Assembly (NCBI GenBank): GCA_018303845.1
Contig: JAGVXH010000004.1
Span: forward strand, 261,165 to 325,164
Direction: 5' to 3'
DNA length: 64,000 bases
Source of the DNA: Candidatus Pacearchaeota archaeon
Lineage (GTDB): Archaea; Nanobdellota; Nanobdellia; Pacearchaeales; GW2011-AR1
A model generated the notes under the pieces. That model did not search any database. It worked only from the letters and a program-made list of their open reading frames with translations, and was not told the origin of the DNA. Shown here piece by piece: positions 46,244 to 56,451 of this stretch. Made by a program: the position numbers and the translations under genes. Positions within the stretch are counted from its first letter, which is position 1. Every line of letters starts with the position of its first letter.

Positions 46244-47317
46244 ATGGCAGATCCAAGAACAATCGAGTTAGCGAAACTTGTAGTCGATCACGCACTAAAA
46301 GTCAAGAAAGGAGAAAATGTAATCCTATCAGGCGGAGTCGAAGCCGAACCTTTCCTTTTGGCACTCTACAAAGAAGTCATCCTAAGAGGCGCCCACCCAG
46401 ACTTCCGAATCGCAATCAGAGAAACCGCACCATTCTTCTTCAAACACGCAAAGCCTCATCAAATAGAAAAATTCCCAGACACCTTCGACTACCAAGTAAA
46501 GAAAGCCCAAAAATACGTAGGTATACTAACAGATACCAATACCCGTAGTCTAGCCAACTGCGACCCCAAAAAAATAGCAGCCAGACAAAAAATCGTCAAA
46601 CCAATCTCAACCTACATCTGCAACGGCAAACCTCATATTCAAAGAAGTTCAGTCGCCTACCCCTGCCAAGCCCTAGCACAAGAAGCCGAAATGTCGCTAA
46701 CAGATTATGAAAACTTTGTCTACGGAGCCTGCCTCCAAGACTGGAAAACAATAGGAAGAAGAATGAACCAAATTTTAAAAGTATTTCAAAAAGGAAAATC
46801 AGTCCATCTAATAGGGCGCGGTGTAGACCTAAAATTTCAAATTCATGGCAAATTAGCAAAGTCAGACCTCGACGGAGAAAATATCCCAATGGGAGAAATA
46901 TTTATGGCGCCTGTAAGAGAATCTCTAAACGGTTGGATAAAATTTGACTACCCAGCAATCGAGTCGAGTAAAGAAGTAACCGACATCTACCTAAAATTTG
47001 AAAATGGAAAAGTAATAGAATCTTCAGCCAGTAAAAACGAAGACTTCCTAAAAGAAATGTTATCAGCAGACGAAAATGCATCTTATGTAGGAGAGTTTGG
47101 AATAGGGATGAACCCGAAGATAAAAAAGTTCACAAAAAATCTTTTATTCGACGAGAAAATGGGAGGAACAATCCATCTAGCACTAGGAGCAGCCTACAAA
47201 GCAAACGGCGGTGGCAACGACTCAATAATCCACTGGGACATCGTAAAAGACATGAGTCATGCAAAAATAATTCTCGACGGGAAAATAGTCCAAAACAAAG
47301 CCAAGTGGTTAATCTAA
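46244..47317 (+). CDS. M29-family aminopeptidase (AmpS/PepS-like)
   Basis: LAKLVVDHALKVKKGENVIL......PFLLALYKEVILRGAHP and C-terminal EFGIGMNP...GGTIHLALG....HWD. Confidence 0.8.
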   Translation: MADPRTIELAKLVVDHALKVKKGENVILSGGVEAEPFLLALYKEVILRGAHPDFRIAIRETAPFFFKHAKPHQIEKFPDTFDYQVKKAQKYVGILTDTNTRSLANCDPKKIAARQKIVKPISTYICNGKPHIQRSSVAYPCQALAQEAEMSLTDYENFVYGACLQDWKTIGRRMNQILKVFQKGKSVHLIGRGVDLKFQIHGKLAKSDLDGENIPMGEIFMAPVRESLNGWIKFDYPAIESSKEVTDIYLKFENGKVIESSASKNEDFLKEMLSADENASYVGEFGIGMNPKIKKFTKNLLFDEKMGGTIHLALGAAYKANGGGNDSIIHWDIVKDMSHAKIILDGKIVQNKAKWLI

Positions 47318-47423
47318 AATAAAAATAACAAAGCTGCACCAGCAATCTAATTTCTAATTTATAAAATCTAATCTCGATGAAAAAGAAGTAACTTTAAAAA
47401 CAAATTAGTTCTTTTTCATTTAC

Positions 47424-47583
47424 GCTCGCATAGTCTAGTGGCCAAGGATTCCACCCTCTCAAGACCAGTGGGAAGTCCTAGTCGATGAGACAACGACTTC
47501 ATGTTCTCTTGAACAACCACGGGATCTCTCCGAGATTCATTTGGAGAACGGTGGCGACCCGGGTTCAAATCCCGGTGCGAGCG
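47424..47583 (+). tRNA. tRNA-Glu(CUC) with an intron of about 87 nt 3' of the anticodon
   Basis: Acceptor GCTCGCA/TGCGAGC, D-arm GTCT-AGTGGCCAA-GGAT, and anticodon stem CCACC (47451-55) pairing with GGTGG (47550-54). The loop CTCTCAA gives anticodon CTC. T-arm is CCGGG-TTCAAAT-CCCGG, discriminator G, and no encoded CCA. Confidence 0.8.
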
Positions 47584-47901
47584 TTCATTTTTACGTCCAA
47601 ACCATTTAATTAAAATATACCACCTTACCCACAAACTTATAAGTCCTAAAACCATATCAAGCAAATTGCAACTAAGAAATCCCAAACAATAGAAGCCAAC
47701 TTATCAAAATTAGGGCTAACAAAAGAACTAATCCCAATCTTCATCAGTTTCGTAAACGAAAAAAATCAAGAAGAGGCAATCAAAATTTTCAAAACTCTAG
47801 AAATTTCAAAAGAAAGAATCGACACAAAAAACGAAAACAATACCCTAATCCGAGCAGGCAACAAATCATATGACGTAAGCATCGAAGTCATCAACGACAA
47901 A

Positions 47902-50900
47902 ATGTTCCACTACTGCACATGCCCGCATAAAACCGAAAGCAAAGCCTGTGCTCACGCTGGAGCAATCCTCCTATACAAAATGCTAAAAAAAGAAAAAAAC
48001 GAATTCAACTCTAAAGCAAAAACTATTCTAAAAAAACACGAAACAGAAAAAAAGAACCAAGGAGGAATAAACTACTTCAAAGAATTATTTCCAAAAATCA
48101 GCGAAGAAGATAAAAGAAACATAATCTATTTCAACTTTGAAAATTTCAGCGCCACCTCTCAAAGCCTAACACTTCAAAGAGGCGTAGTAAAAAAAGACGG
48201 CTCAAATTCTGCACCTATGAGATTCACAGGAAAAGATTTCGATTTTAAAAAATTAAGAATAAGCAAAGAAGTAAAAGATTTACTAAGCCTAATCATAACA
48301 GAAGAAAACGCAGCAAAAAGTCATTTGGCAGAAGGCTTCTCAAAAGAAAAATTCTATGACTCAAACACAGACCTTATGATGCCAATTTTCAAAGAACTTT
48401 ATTTCAAAGAACAAGAGCTAATCATCGGAGCAACTTTCGCAAAAGAACCTTTCCATATCACATGGGAAGCCACAAGAAATCAAGACAAAACTTACACAAT
48501 AAAACCTTTCTTCGTCTCAGGAAAAAGAAAATGCAATCTAGTTAACATGCAACTCTCAGAGCTAGGATTAAACAGCTTATGGATTTTCGACGACAAAGAA
48601 CGATGTTTTTATTGCCACAAAGAAACCTCAGACTTAAACGCAGTAAAAAACATTATTAGTTTCCCAAAAGAAATAGCCCTAGAAGAAAGCGAATTAAAAA
48701 CATTCTTCTCAAAATACTATCAAAAAATCCTAAATGCTTTTGAATTCAACGTTTCAGACGAACTAAAAAGAGAAGAAAAATCCCTAATCCCACAATCAAA
48801 ACTTTGTCTTGAAAGAACCGGAAATGAAATAAAAATAAATTTAAGGTTTGATTACGGAGGAAGGGAAATAGATTATTTCTCCCCGACAAGAGAATTAATT
48901 TTAGTAAGCGAAGATACAATTTATGATGTTTCTCGTGACATAGAAGAAGAAAATCGAGTTGCAGAAATTCTAAATAAATATGAGATTATAACTTCCAGAA
49001 GATACGATGAGTTCAAGCTCGAAGGAGATTTAATAGATTTCGTAGTGCACACACTTCCAGCTATAACTGAATTGGGAGTAAAAGTTTTAGGAGAAGAAAA
49101 CTTATTCAACTTCAAAGTTTCAAAAAGAAAAGCCAGCATGATGATGGAGGTCAGAAATGATGTAGACTGGTTTAATATTAAAGGAGAAGTCAGATTCGGA
49201 AAAGATTCCGTCCAAATGGAGAGTGTTCTAGAGGCAGTTTTTCAAGGCAAAAGATTTGTAGATTTATTAGATGGAGAAAAAGGAGTAATTCCAAAAGATT
49301 GGATAAGCGCACTTCGATCATATCGCGGGCTTTTCTCCATAGACAATAAAGGAATAAAGTTATCAAAATATCACATGTCAGTTTTAGAAAGCCTAATCCA
49401 ATTATCTCAAAAAACAGATATAGACGCCAAAACAAAAGAAACAGTAGGCAAGTTAAAAAGTTTTGACAAAATTTCTTCAGCGACACTTCCAAAAAACCTA
49501 AATGCAAAACTTCGAGAATACCAAAAAACAGGTTATGATTGGCTAAATTTTCTTCGAGATTATGACTTCAATGGAATCCTGGCAGATGATATGGGACTTG
49601 GAAAAACACTTCAAGCTTTAAGTTTATTACAGAAAATAAAAGAAGAAGGCAAGGCGAAAAACCCATTCTTAGTAGTCGTTCCAACTTCCTTAGTGTTTAA
49701 CTGGAAAAACGAAATAGAAAAATTCACTCCAGGACTAAGCGCCTACATTCATTACAGCGCCACAAGAGAAAAGTCTGAAAAGCCATTTCTAAAAATCCTA
49801 AAAGAAACAGACATAATCATAACTACTTATGGAATTTTAAAAAACGACTTAGCACTTTTTGCAAAGGAAGAATTTGAATACATAATTCTTGACGAAGCAC
49901 ATACGATAAAAAACCCTCAAAGCGTCAACGCGAGAACAGTTTCCGAATTGCAAGGAAAAAACAAATTAGCAATATCAGGAACTCCAATTCAAAACAATCT
50001 GATAGAACTTTGGAGCATATTCAATTTTCTTTCCCCTGGATATCTAGGAACTTATGAATCCTTCAAAGAAAATTTCGTCATTCCAATAGAAGTAGAAAAA
50101 GACAAAACAGTAGCGGGAAACTTAACAAAATTAATCGAACCATTTTTGTTAAGAAGAAACAAAGAGGTCATTGCAGAAGAACTTCCAGAGAAAACAGAAA
50201 TGACATTGAAAAGTGATTTCTCAGAAGAAGAGGCAAAAATATACAATACATGGAAAGATTATTACAGCTCAGAAATATCAAGAAGCATCAAAGACAAAGG
50301 CTTAAACAAATCACGTATGAAAATATTACAAGGACTAACAAAATTAAGACAGCTTAGTCTACATCCAAAAATGATAGATCCAAATTACAAAGGAACAAGC
50401 GGAAAGTTTGACCTTCTAATGATGGAAGTAGAAAAAATATTATCAGAGGGACACAAGGTTTTAGTCTTCTCATCTTTTGTAAAAATGTTAGACATAATCA
50501 AAGAAGATTTAGAAAAGAAAGGGGTAAAATATTCTTATCTTTGCGGAGCTTCCAAAAACCGAGAGCAAATAGTCAAAGAATTCCAAGAGTCAAAATCCCC
50601 TAGACCTTTCTTAATTAGCATAAAAGCCGGAGGTGTAGGAATCAATTTAACATCAGCCGATTATGTCTTTATCGTAGACCCTTGGTGGAACCCAGCAGTA
50701 GAAATGCAAGCAATGGACAGAGCTCATAGAATCGGGCAAACAAAATCAGTTTTCGTTTACAAAATGATAGCAAAAGATTCCATAGAAGAAAAAATCCTAG
50801 ACTTGCAAAAATCCAAAAAGAAATTAGTTGAAGATATAATAACTACTGAAAAAAGTTTATCTAAATCAATTGATGCAGAAACAATAAGGGAAATCTTCGG

Positions 50901-50904
50901 CTAA
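47902..50904 (+). CDS. SWIM zinc-finger / SNF2-family helicase
   Basis: CTCPHKTESKACAHAGAIL (SWIM CxC...CxH), LADDMGLGKT, ILDEAHTIKN and QAMDRAHRIGQ. The frame is open for 84 more codons upstream (47650-47901) without ATG, GTG or TTG. Confidence 0.85.
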   Translation: MFHYCTCPHKTESKACAHAGAILLYKMLKKEKNEFNSKAKTILKKHETEKKNQGGINYFKELFPKISEEDKRNIIYFNFENFSATSQSLTLQRGVVKKDGSNSAPMRFTGKDFDFKKLRISKEVKDLLSLIITEENAAKSHLAEGFSKEKFYDSNTDLMMPIFKELYFKEQELIIGATFAKEPFHITWEATRNQDKTYTIKPFFVSGKRKCNLVNMQLSELGLNSLWIFDDKERCFYCHKETSDLNAVKNIISFPKEIALEESELKTFFSKYYQKILNAFEFNVSDELKREEKSLIPQSKLCLERTGNEIKINLRFDYGGREIDYFSPTRELILVSEDTIYDVSRDIEEENRVAEILNKYEIITSRRYDEFKLEGDLIDFVVHTLPAITELGVKVLGEENLFNFKVSKRKASMMMEVRNDVDWFNIKGEVRFGKDSVQMESVLEAVFQGKRFVDLLDGEKGVIPKDWISALRSYRGLFSIDNKGIKLSKYHMSVLESLIQLSQKTDIDAKTKETVGKLKSFDKISSATLPKNLNAKLREYQKTGYDWLNFLRDYDFNGILADDMGLGKTLQALSLLQKIKEEGKAKNPFLVVVPTSLVFNWKNEIEKFTPGLSAYIHYSATREKSEKPFLKILKETDIIITTYGILKNDLALFAKEEFEYIILDEAHTIKNPQSVNARTVSELQGKNKLAISGTPIQNNLIELWSIFNFLSPGYLGTYESFKENFVIPIEVEKDKTVAGNLTKLIEPFLLRRNKEVIAEELPEKTEMTLKSDFSEEEAKIYNTWKDYYSSEISRSIKDKGLNKSRMKILQGLTKLRQLSLHPKMIDPNYKGTSGKFDLLMMEVEKILSEGHKVLVFSSFVKMLDIIKEDLEKKGVKYSYLCGASKNREQIVKEFQESKSPRPFLISIKAGGVGINLTSADYVFIVDPWWNPAVEMQAMDRAHRIGQTKSVFVYKMIAKDSIEEKILDLQKSKKKLVEDIITTEKSLSKSIDAETIREIFG

Positions 50905-50931
50905 AATAACAATAAAATATCTCAAGTAACC

Positions 50932-51663
50932 ATGACAATACAAAAAACCCAAATCCGAATAAACGACATCATATACACAGTCACAACTCACATCGAGCGC
51001 AGAAGTTCGGTCCGAGTTTCCATTACAAAAACCGGCATCAACATAAGAATCCCTCGCCATCTAAGTTCCTTCCAAAGAGAATCCGAGGGAAAAAGATTTC
51101 TTGATTGGGCAATAGAAAAGATAAAATCAAAACCAACCATAGTCCCAAAAACTCCAATATACCAAAACAATCACCTAATAAGAACACATTCTAAAATCTA
51201 CAAACTCCAAATTGAGCACAGGGATTCAATAAAAAACTTCTCAAAAATTTCCGGTTCTTACATAATTCTTAAAATATCAAACTCTCACGACGAACAAGCC
51301 AAGCAAAAATATATCTCAAAGCAACTTCAAAAACTCCTAGCAAAGAATCACTTAGAAGAATTAAAATCCCGCGTCCATAGACTAAACACAGTCCACGTCA
51401 ATAAGCCAATTAATAAGATATCTTACAAATACACGATATCAAGATGGGGAATTTGCAACTCCACAAAAAAAGAAATCAACATCTCAACAAGACTTCTTTT
51501 AGCTCCAATAGAAATCTTAGAATATGTAATAATCCATGAACTCTGTCATTTGATAGAGCCAAACCATTCCAAAAGATTTTGGAATATAGTAAAGTCTATT
51601 GACCCACAATACAAGCAAAAGAAAAAATGGATAAATGCAAACGGCAGTAGTTTGAATATATAG
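50932..51663 (+). CDS. YgjP-like (DUF45, M48-related) zinc metallopeptidase-fold protein
   Basis: The C-terminal ILEYVIIHELCHLIEPNHSKRFWNIV (HExxH...H) pattern. 243 aa. Confidence 0.75.
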   Translation: MTIQKTQIRINDIIYTVTTHIERRSSVRVSITKTGINIRIPRHLSSFQRESEGKRFLDWAIEKIKSKPTIVPKTPIYQNNHLIRTHSKIYKLQIEHRDSIKNFSKISGSYIILKISNSHDEQAKQKYISKQLQKLLAKNHLEELKSRVHRLNTVHVNKPINKISYKYTISRWGICNSTKKEINISTRLLLAPIEILEYVIIHELCHLIEPNHSKRFWNIVKSIDPQYKQKKKWINANGSSLNI

Positions 51664-51668
51664 AAAAA

Positions 51669-53657
51669 TTATTCTTCTAAAATAAATCCCCGAACCAAAT
51701 TATAAACCTCAGGATACTTTCCCGGCAAAATCATCTTATTATGCAAATATTCAAATCCCTCGCAAGTCCCATTCACATAATAATTATCAGCCCAAGAAAG
51801 ATAAACACTTGAATTTTTCGCAACACCGTCGCCATTTCCTCCAGATGTATCACATCCAATTCCAATTATGTTTTCAACAGGAATCTTTGGGGTCACGCCA
51901 TAGTCCAATTTATTCATAAATAAACTCCTCGCATCCATATCAGCACAATGTTTATCTTCGCCCAAAATAGAGCAACCAGATAAAGTCGTACCATCAATTC
52001 CATGATTCGGAGTTCCAATCATTATCAATTCAGCAACATCATCCTCTCCATAAATCTGAAGATATTTTCTAGAAACCAAGCCGCCCATACTATGCGCGAC
52101 AATAACAACCTTATCCTTCCCTGTCTCTGCCTTAACTTCCTTAATTATCTCATTTAACCTCAGTGCGTAACTGTCCAAATTATCAGATTGCGTCTCAAGG
52201 ACAATAGTCTCTTCGGTGTTTTTGTAAATATCAAAATAATAACTCACCGAAAAAATTATTCTTTCTCTAGTTTTCTTGAAAGTTTCAAAATCATTCCCAC
52301 TCCTCAAAATCAAATCTCCTCCATCTAAAAACCCATCCAAAAACAACTTCTCACGTATCCTTTGCAAATCCCCCAAACTTTTCTCTGCCGAAATGGCACT
52401 ATTAAACGAATGCCCATGAAGCAAAATCACGGGATATTTATCCGAATCTTTCGCACAACTCTCATCACAACAAGTCCCATAAATACCGTCATAACTACAT
52501 ATTAAATCCTCTGGCAAGATAGACAAATTACTTTCATAGCTATCACTAAAGTTAATCGTAATAAATTCAAGAGTGGAAGAATTAATTTTATCAAAAACAA
52601 AATCACTTTCATTTAATTTATCTAGGCTCAAAAAAATCTCATCAGACCTAGCAACCAAAGTTCCAATCTCATGTGTTTTCTTCTTAACATCGATAGAAGA
52701 ATTAAGAGAACTCAAAAAAGCATTATATTCAAAAATCAGCATAGCCACATTACTCTCGTCGTAATCACTCATATTCTTTTCTAAACTCAGCCCAATCAAC
52801 TTCGCCTCTTCTTCTCTAACCAACAAAACAAAATTATTATAATCATCTACCTCAAGTCTCAATCGCAAATTCTCATCAACAAGAGTCCTATTAGAAAGAT
52901 TAACCACATCACTAATCACCCCGCCATATTCATAATGTCTAAACTCATTCAAACTCTCATTCATTTTAACTTCAATCTCAGTTAAATTAATTTTCAAAAG
53001 CCCTTTCGTCAAAGTCCTATTAGACAAAACCTCAAACAAATATTTATTCTCTAAAGCCAAAACATTCAATGCAACAAAATCCTCAATCGTCCTATTCAAC
53101 TTCTCAATAGCTACTTCTCTTAAAACAGATTGCTCTTCGCTGAGATTATAATTTAAAGAAACAATAAAACTTTTCTCAATCGCTTCTCCTGTCGTTTCGC
53201 AAAAACCAGATTCGCTACTCACACAACTTACTCCAAACCTATAAAGTTTTTGCCCCTCACCTTTGTCAGGAGCATAAAGCGTATACTTCTGCGAACTAGG
53301 ATTGGTGACTATTGTATCAAAACTATTTCTATCTAAAACCTCGCCACTGGACAAATCTTTCAAACTATATTCACAACTAGACTTACAAAAAGGATTCGCA
53401 GAAACATAAGTATCAAATTCAATCTCGACGGATTCAGAATTAGACAAAAACAAATCCTGATCACTAGCAGTCAGCCTAACTAGGGCGTCGTTCCCAATCA
53501 ACAAGTTAAAAGCCAAATATATTTTAGTCCCAAATAGAATAACAATTCCAATAACAACAATCAAACCCAAAACATAAAAAAACTTTTTCCGCAAAACAAA
53601 ATATTCCTTTACGTCAATAAAAATCTTTTTCACCGAGCCTTTTTTCACCGATTTCAT
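51669..53657 (-). CDS. membrane-anchored protein with a C-terminal alpha/beta-hydrolase (lipase/PGAP1-like) domain
   Basis: N-terminal TM helix and a long extracytoplasmic region. Then PVILLHGHSF and VVIVAHSMGGLVSRKYL (GxSxG). Confidence 0.65.
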   Translation of the reverse strand: MKSVKKGSVKKIFIDVKEYFVLRKKFFYVLGLIVVIGIVILFGTKIYLAFNLLIGNDALVRLTASDQDLFLSNSESVEIEFDTYVSANPFCKSSCEYSLKDLSSGEVLDRNSFDTIVTNPSSQKYTLYAPDKGEGQKLYRFGVSCVSSESGFCETTGEAIEKSFIVSLNYNLSEEQSVLREVAIEKLNRTIEDFVALNVLALENKYLFEVLSNRTLTKGLLKINLTEIEVKMNESLNEFRHYEYGGVISDVVNLSNRTLVDENLRLRLEVDDYNNFVLLVREEEAKLIGLSLEKNMSDYDESNVAMLIFEYNAFLSSLNSSIDVKKKTHEIGTLVARSDEIFLSLDKLNESDFVFDKINSSTLEFITINFSDSYESNLSILPEDLICSYDGIYGTCCDESCAKDSDKYPVILLHGHSFNSAISAEKSLGDLQRIREKLFLDGFLDGGDLILRSGNDFETFKKTRERIIFSVSYYFDIYKNTEETIVLETQSDNLDSYALRLNEIIKEVKAETGKDKVVIVAHSMGGLVSRKYLQIYGEDDVAELIMIGTPNHGIDGTTLSGCSILGEDKHCADMDARSLFMNKLDYGVTPKIPVENIIGIGCDTSGGNGDGVAKNSSVYLSWADNYYVNGTCEGFEYLHNKMILPGKYPEVYNLVRGFILEE

Positions 53658-53718
53658 TTATTTATAACGAATTGAAACTTTATTAACTTTAACTATATCG
53701 TCAAGAAAAAAGTTAGGC

Positions 53719-55290
53719 CTAGTTTATACGAGCGATAAAGTCCCTAACAATTCCCAAAACCTCTGCCTTTTTTCGTGGAATAAAATTAATCGTTCCAGCA
53801 TTCTTATGCCCGCCACCCTCAACAAAAGCATTCGGCAACTCCTTCCTCAATTCCGCAATCAGTTCATGTGTAGAAAAACCAGACTCATCAGTCGCCCTAA
53901 AAGTCACAGCAGTCGCCATAACCCCAGCAGAAACTAATCGAATCACGCCCTCATTCTTAAGGGAATCATGTAATAATCCGGTAGCTCGACCAGGCTTAGG
54001 GAAAAAACCAAACCCAGGAAAACTCTTATCAATATCAATCGTCTGCAAAGTCACATTCCCTAGAACTTCAACCTCAGCCGCAACTTTACCAATAGCCAAA
54101 CCTTTCCGATCAAGCTCTCGAATATAAGGTGCCATCAATTCAACAAGTTTTTTCTGTTTGTCCCGTGGCTCACCGAATAAAACTTCGACATATTCCCGCG
54201 CTTCCATAAACCGAACCTTCGTTGAAACAAACTCAATAACCAAAGAAATATCCTTAAGCAGTTCCTTATCATATCCCTCCCTTCCAGCAATCGCCAAATA
54301 CTTTTCCATCAAATCATTATTCCCAAGTTCAATCCTGTCGGCATAACCAGCGAGAGCTGGAATCTGGGAAACGTTCTCGACTTTCTCATTAATGAACCTA
54401 GCAATCTCGGCACAAAGCATTCCAGCAGAAATATGAGTTCCAGATTCCCCAACCAAATGTGGATTAATATTAGCTAAAACTTCCGCGCTAATAACATCCT
54501 TCTCCCCAAAATCATGATGGTCAATAACAATAACATCAGCCCCATGAATCCGTGCCTGTTTAACCGCCATCAAATCCTCAACAGAAGAACCATTATCAGC
54601 AATAATAATCAAAGGCATTTTCGCAGAAAACTTCGCAACGTCCCGCAAACTCATAGCAGTATCCTTAATCGAATCCTCAAGTTCATAATAAGGAGCAGTC
54701 GAAGGAGCCCTCTTAAAATATTCCCAAGCAGCTTTAGGTGCACTATGTTGCCTCTCAACTAAAGGCAAAATCGCCCGCTCCAACGCGAACCCAGAACAAT
54801 AGCCATCAGTATCATTATGATGCCTAACAATAATCGGCCGACCCTGAATCACAGCAAGCCTAATTTCTTCAGCCGCCTTCAAAATTGGAGCCCTCAACTT
54901 TTCCAAAATATGATTTTCTAACATAAAATTAACATTAACAACTTTCGCCCTCTCTCTTTGTTGATACGCAATATGCTTCTTCATCGCCTCAACTTCTTCC
55001 CCAACCTTCTTCTTAATCTTCAAAATATTCCCTTCCATCTCACCTTGAAACTCATCAACTCTAATCCAAGCCTCAACAAAATCTCCCTCTACAATTTCAG
55101 GATGAGCTCTAACCCCAGGTGAAACAAATCCTTTCAAAGATAAACTTCCAGTCCCATCAACTATCCCAAAAACAGTCGGACCACCAGTCTGTGCAATTCG
55201 CTCAATCAGTCCCAAAACTACAACTTCCTTTTTCAGAAAATTCTCACCAACATCTCCAATCGGCGTTTGCTTTGCTTTTTCGTATACCAT
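53719..55290 (-). CDS. archaeal RecJ-like DHH-family nuclease (GAN/Cdc45-related) with an N-terminal OB-like segment
   Basis: DHH motifs VRHHNDTDGYCSG, IADNG and VIVIDHHD, and the DHHA1-like C-terminal GGGHKNAG. Confidence 0.75.
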   Translation of the reverse strand: MVYEKAKQTPIGDVGENFLKKEVVVLGLIERIAQTGGPTVFGIVDGTGSLSLKGFVSPGVRAHPEIVEGDFVEAWIRVDEFQGEMEGNILKIKKKVGEEVEAMKKHIAYQQRERAKVVNVNFMLENHILEKLRAPILKAAEEIRLAVIQGRPIIVRHHNDTDGYCSGFALERAILPLVERQHSAPKAAWEYFKRAPSTAPYYELEDSIKDTAMSLRDVAKFSAKMPLIIIADNGSSVEDLMAVKQARIHGADVIVIDHHDFGEKDVISAEVLANINPHLVGESGTHISAGMLCAEIARFINEKVENVSQIPALAGYADRIELGNNDLMEKYLAIAGREGYDKELLKDISLVIEFVSTKVRFMEAREYVEVLFGEPRDKQKKLVELMAPYIRELDRKGLAIGKVAAEVEVLGNVTLQTIDIDKSFPGFGFFPKPGRATGLLHDSLKNEGVIRLVSAGVMATAVTFRATDESGFSTHELIAELRKELPNAFVEGGGHKNAGTINFIPRKKAEVLGIVRDFIARIN

Positions 55291-55406
55291 TTTTATCTGT
55301 AGAATTCGTCCATTTTATACCTGAACACTAACATATTCTTCATTTAATATACCAAAAAAGACTTAAGAGTTTAAAAATCTTCGTAGTAGTAATTCCAAAC
55401 TATTTT

Positions 55407-56057
55407 TTAAATCAAGTTAAACTCCAACACCCGCGAATCATAAGCCACGCCATCTTTCGTAATCACAAAATTATACTTAATGTTACACGTTTTAACATCA
55501 GAAGGAAACGCAAAATAAATAGTCATAGCATCATACCACTCATTCCAATCCTGTCTCCACCGCCCACTAATCATCCCCGTGCTAGCCATCCCTCTCTCAA
55601 TCCAACCTTGAGCAACTTTTGCGCTAACTCCACAATTTCCAACCGAAGTCGGATCAACTGCAAAATTAAAACTAAACTCACTTCCCTCGGGGATCTTTGG
55701 GTTCACATTCTGAACAAGCCAAGCAACTCCATACTTCGTCCCCCTTGAAACATTAATATATCCAGTAGGTGGTAAATAAAAAGCAGTCTTGCCACTCGTC
55801 CCCGCTTGCCTCACAAGTGTAGCTTTAATGTTATCATTCATGTAATCAATATTATAATTTCCAAAGTTAACAGGTTGTGGAACGCTAGGCGTAGGGACAG
55901 GCGCAGGAGCAGCAGCGGGAATCGGCGCAGTATTTTCAGGAGTCTGAATCTCATCAACCGGACTTTTAGGACCATTGCCAACAAATCCAAAACTAAAAAC
56001 CAAAACCAAAACAACAGCCACTCCAACCCCCCAATAAATCATCCTCTTCCTTTCCAT
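55407..56057 (-). CDS. hypothetical secreted or membrane-anchored protein
   Basis: Start placed at MERKRMIYWGVGVAVVLVLVF; the tracked ORF extends to 56156. A Pro/Ala linker is followed by a beta-rich domain. Confidence 0.45.
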   Translation of the reverse strand: MERKRMIYWGVGVAVVLVLVFSFGFVGNGPKSPVDEIQTPENTAPIPAAAPAPVPTPSVPQPVNFGNYNIDYMNDNIKATLVRQAGTSGKTAFYLPPTGYINVSRGTKYGVAWLVQNVNPKIPEGSEFSFNFAVDPTSVGNCGVSAKVAQGWIERGMASTGMISGRWRQDWNEWYDAMTIYFAFPSDVKTCNIKYNFVITKDGVAYDSRVLEFNLI

Positions 56058-56147
56058 ATGTTCTCCAAACAACAAACCAAATATAAACCTTTTCCCGAAC
56101 ATCTTCAAAATATAAAAGAATATAAGTAATAGTTTTTTTAAAATATC

Positions 56148-56372
56148 ATGTTGCAAAAAATAAAAACAACCTATCTAAAATTAGAACAAAAAATTTCATG
56201 CGCCGTGGGAAGAACATATAAAGAAATATACCATTCAGATACACATGGCTCAGGAGGTCTAGATAAAATAATAACCGATTATAACTCTGTGACAGGAGAT
56301 ATCATAAGCAGAGAAATAATATTATCCAAAGAGGCAAGGTCGAAGATATTAAAGGACATTAGGTCATTATAA
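56148..56372 (+). CDS. hypothetical small protein
   Basis: 74 aa ORF only, with no supporting motif. Confidence 0.25.
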   Translation: MLQKIKTTYLKLEQKISCAVGRTYKEIYHSDTHGSGGLDKIITDYNSVTGDIISREIILSKEARSKILKDIRSL

Positions 56373-56451
56373 TTAAACATATAAATCATATTTTTCCCAA
56401 ACTCATTTTAATTAAAATTTCTCTTCAGCAGTCCCAGTAAAGAATTAATAA

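Noticed and set aside
47416-47685. An 89-aa minus-strand ORF.
   Set aside because: It is fully explained by the tRNA-Glu gene and its intron on the opposite strand.
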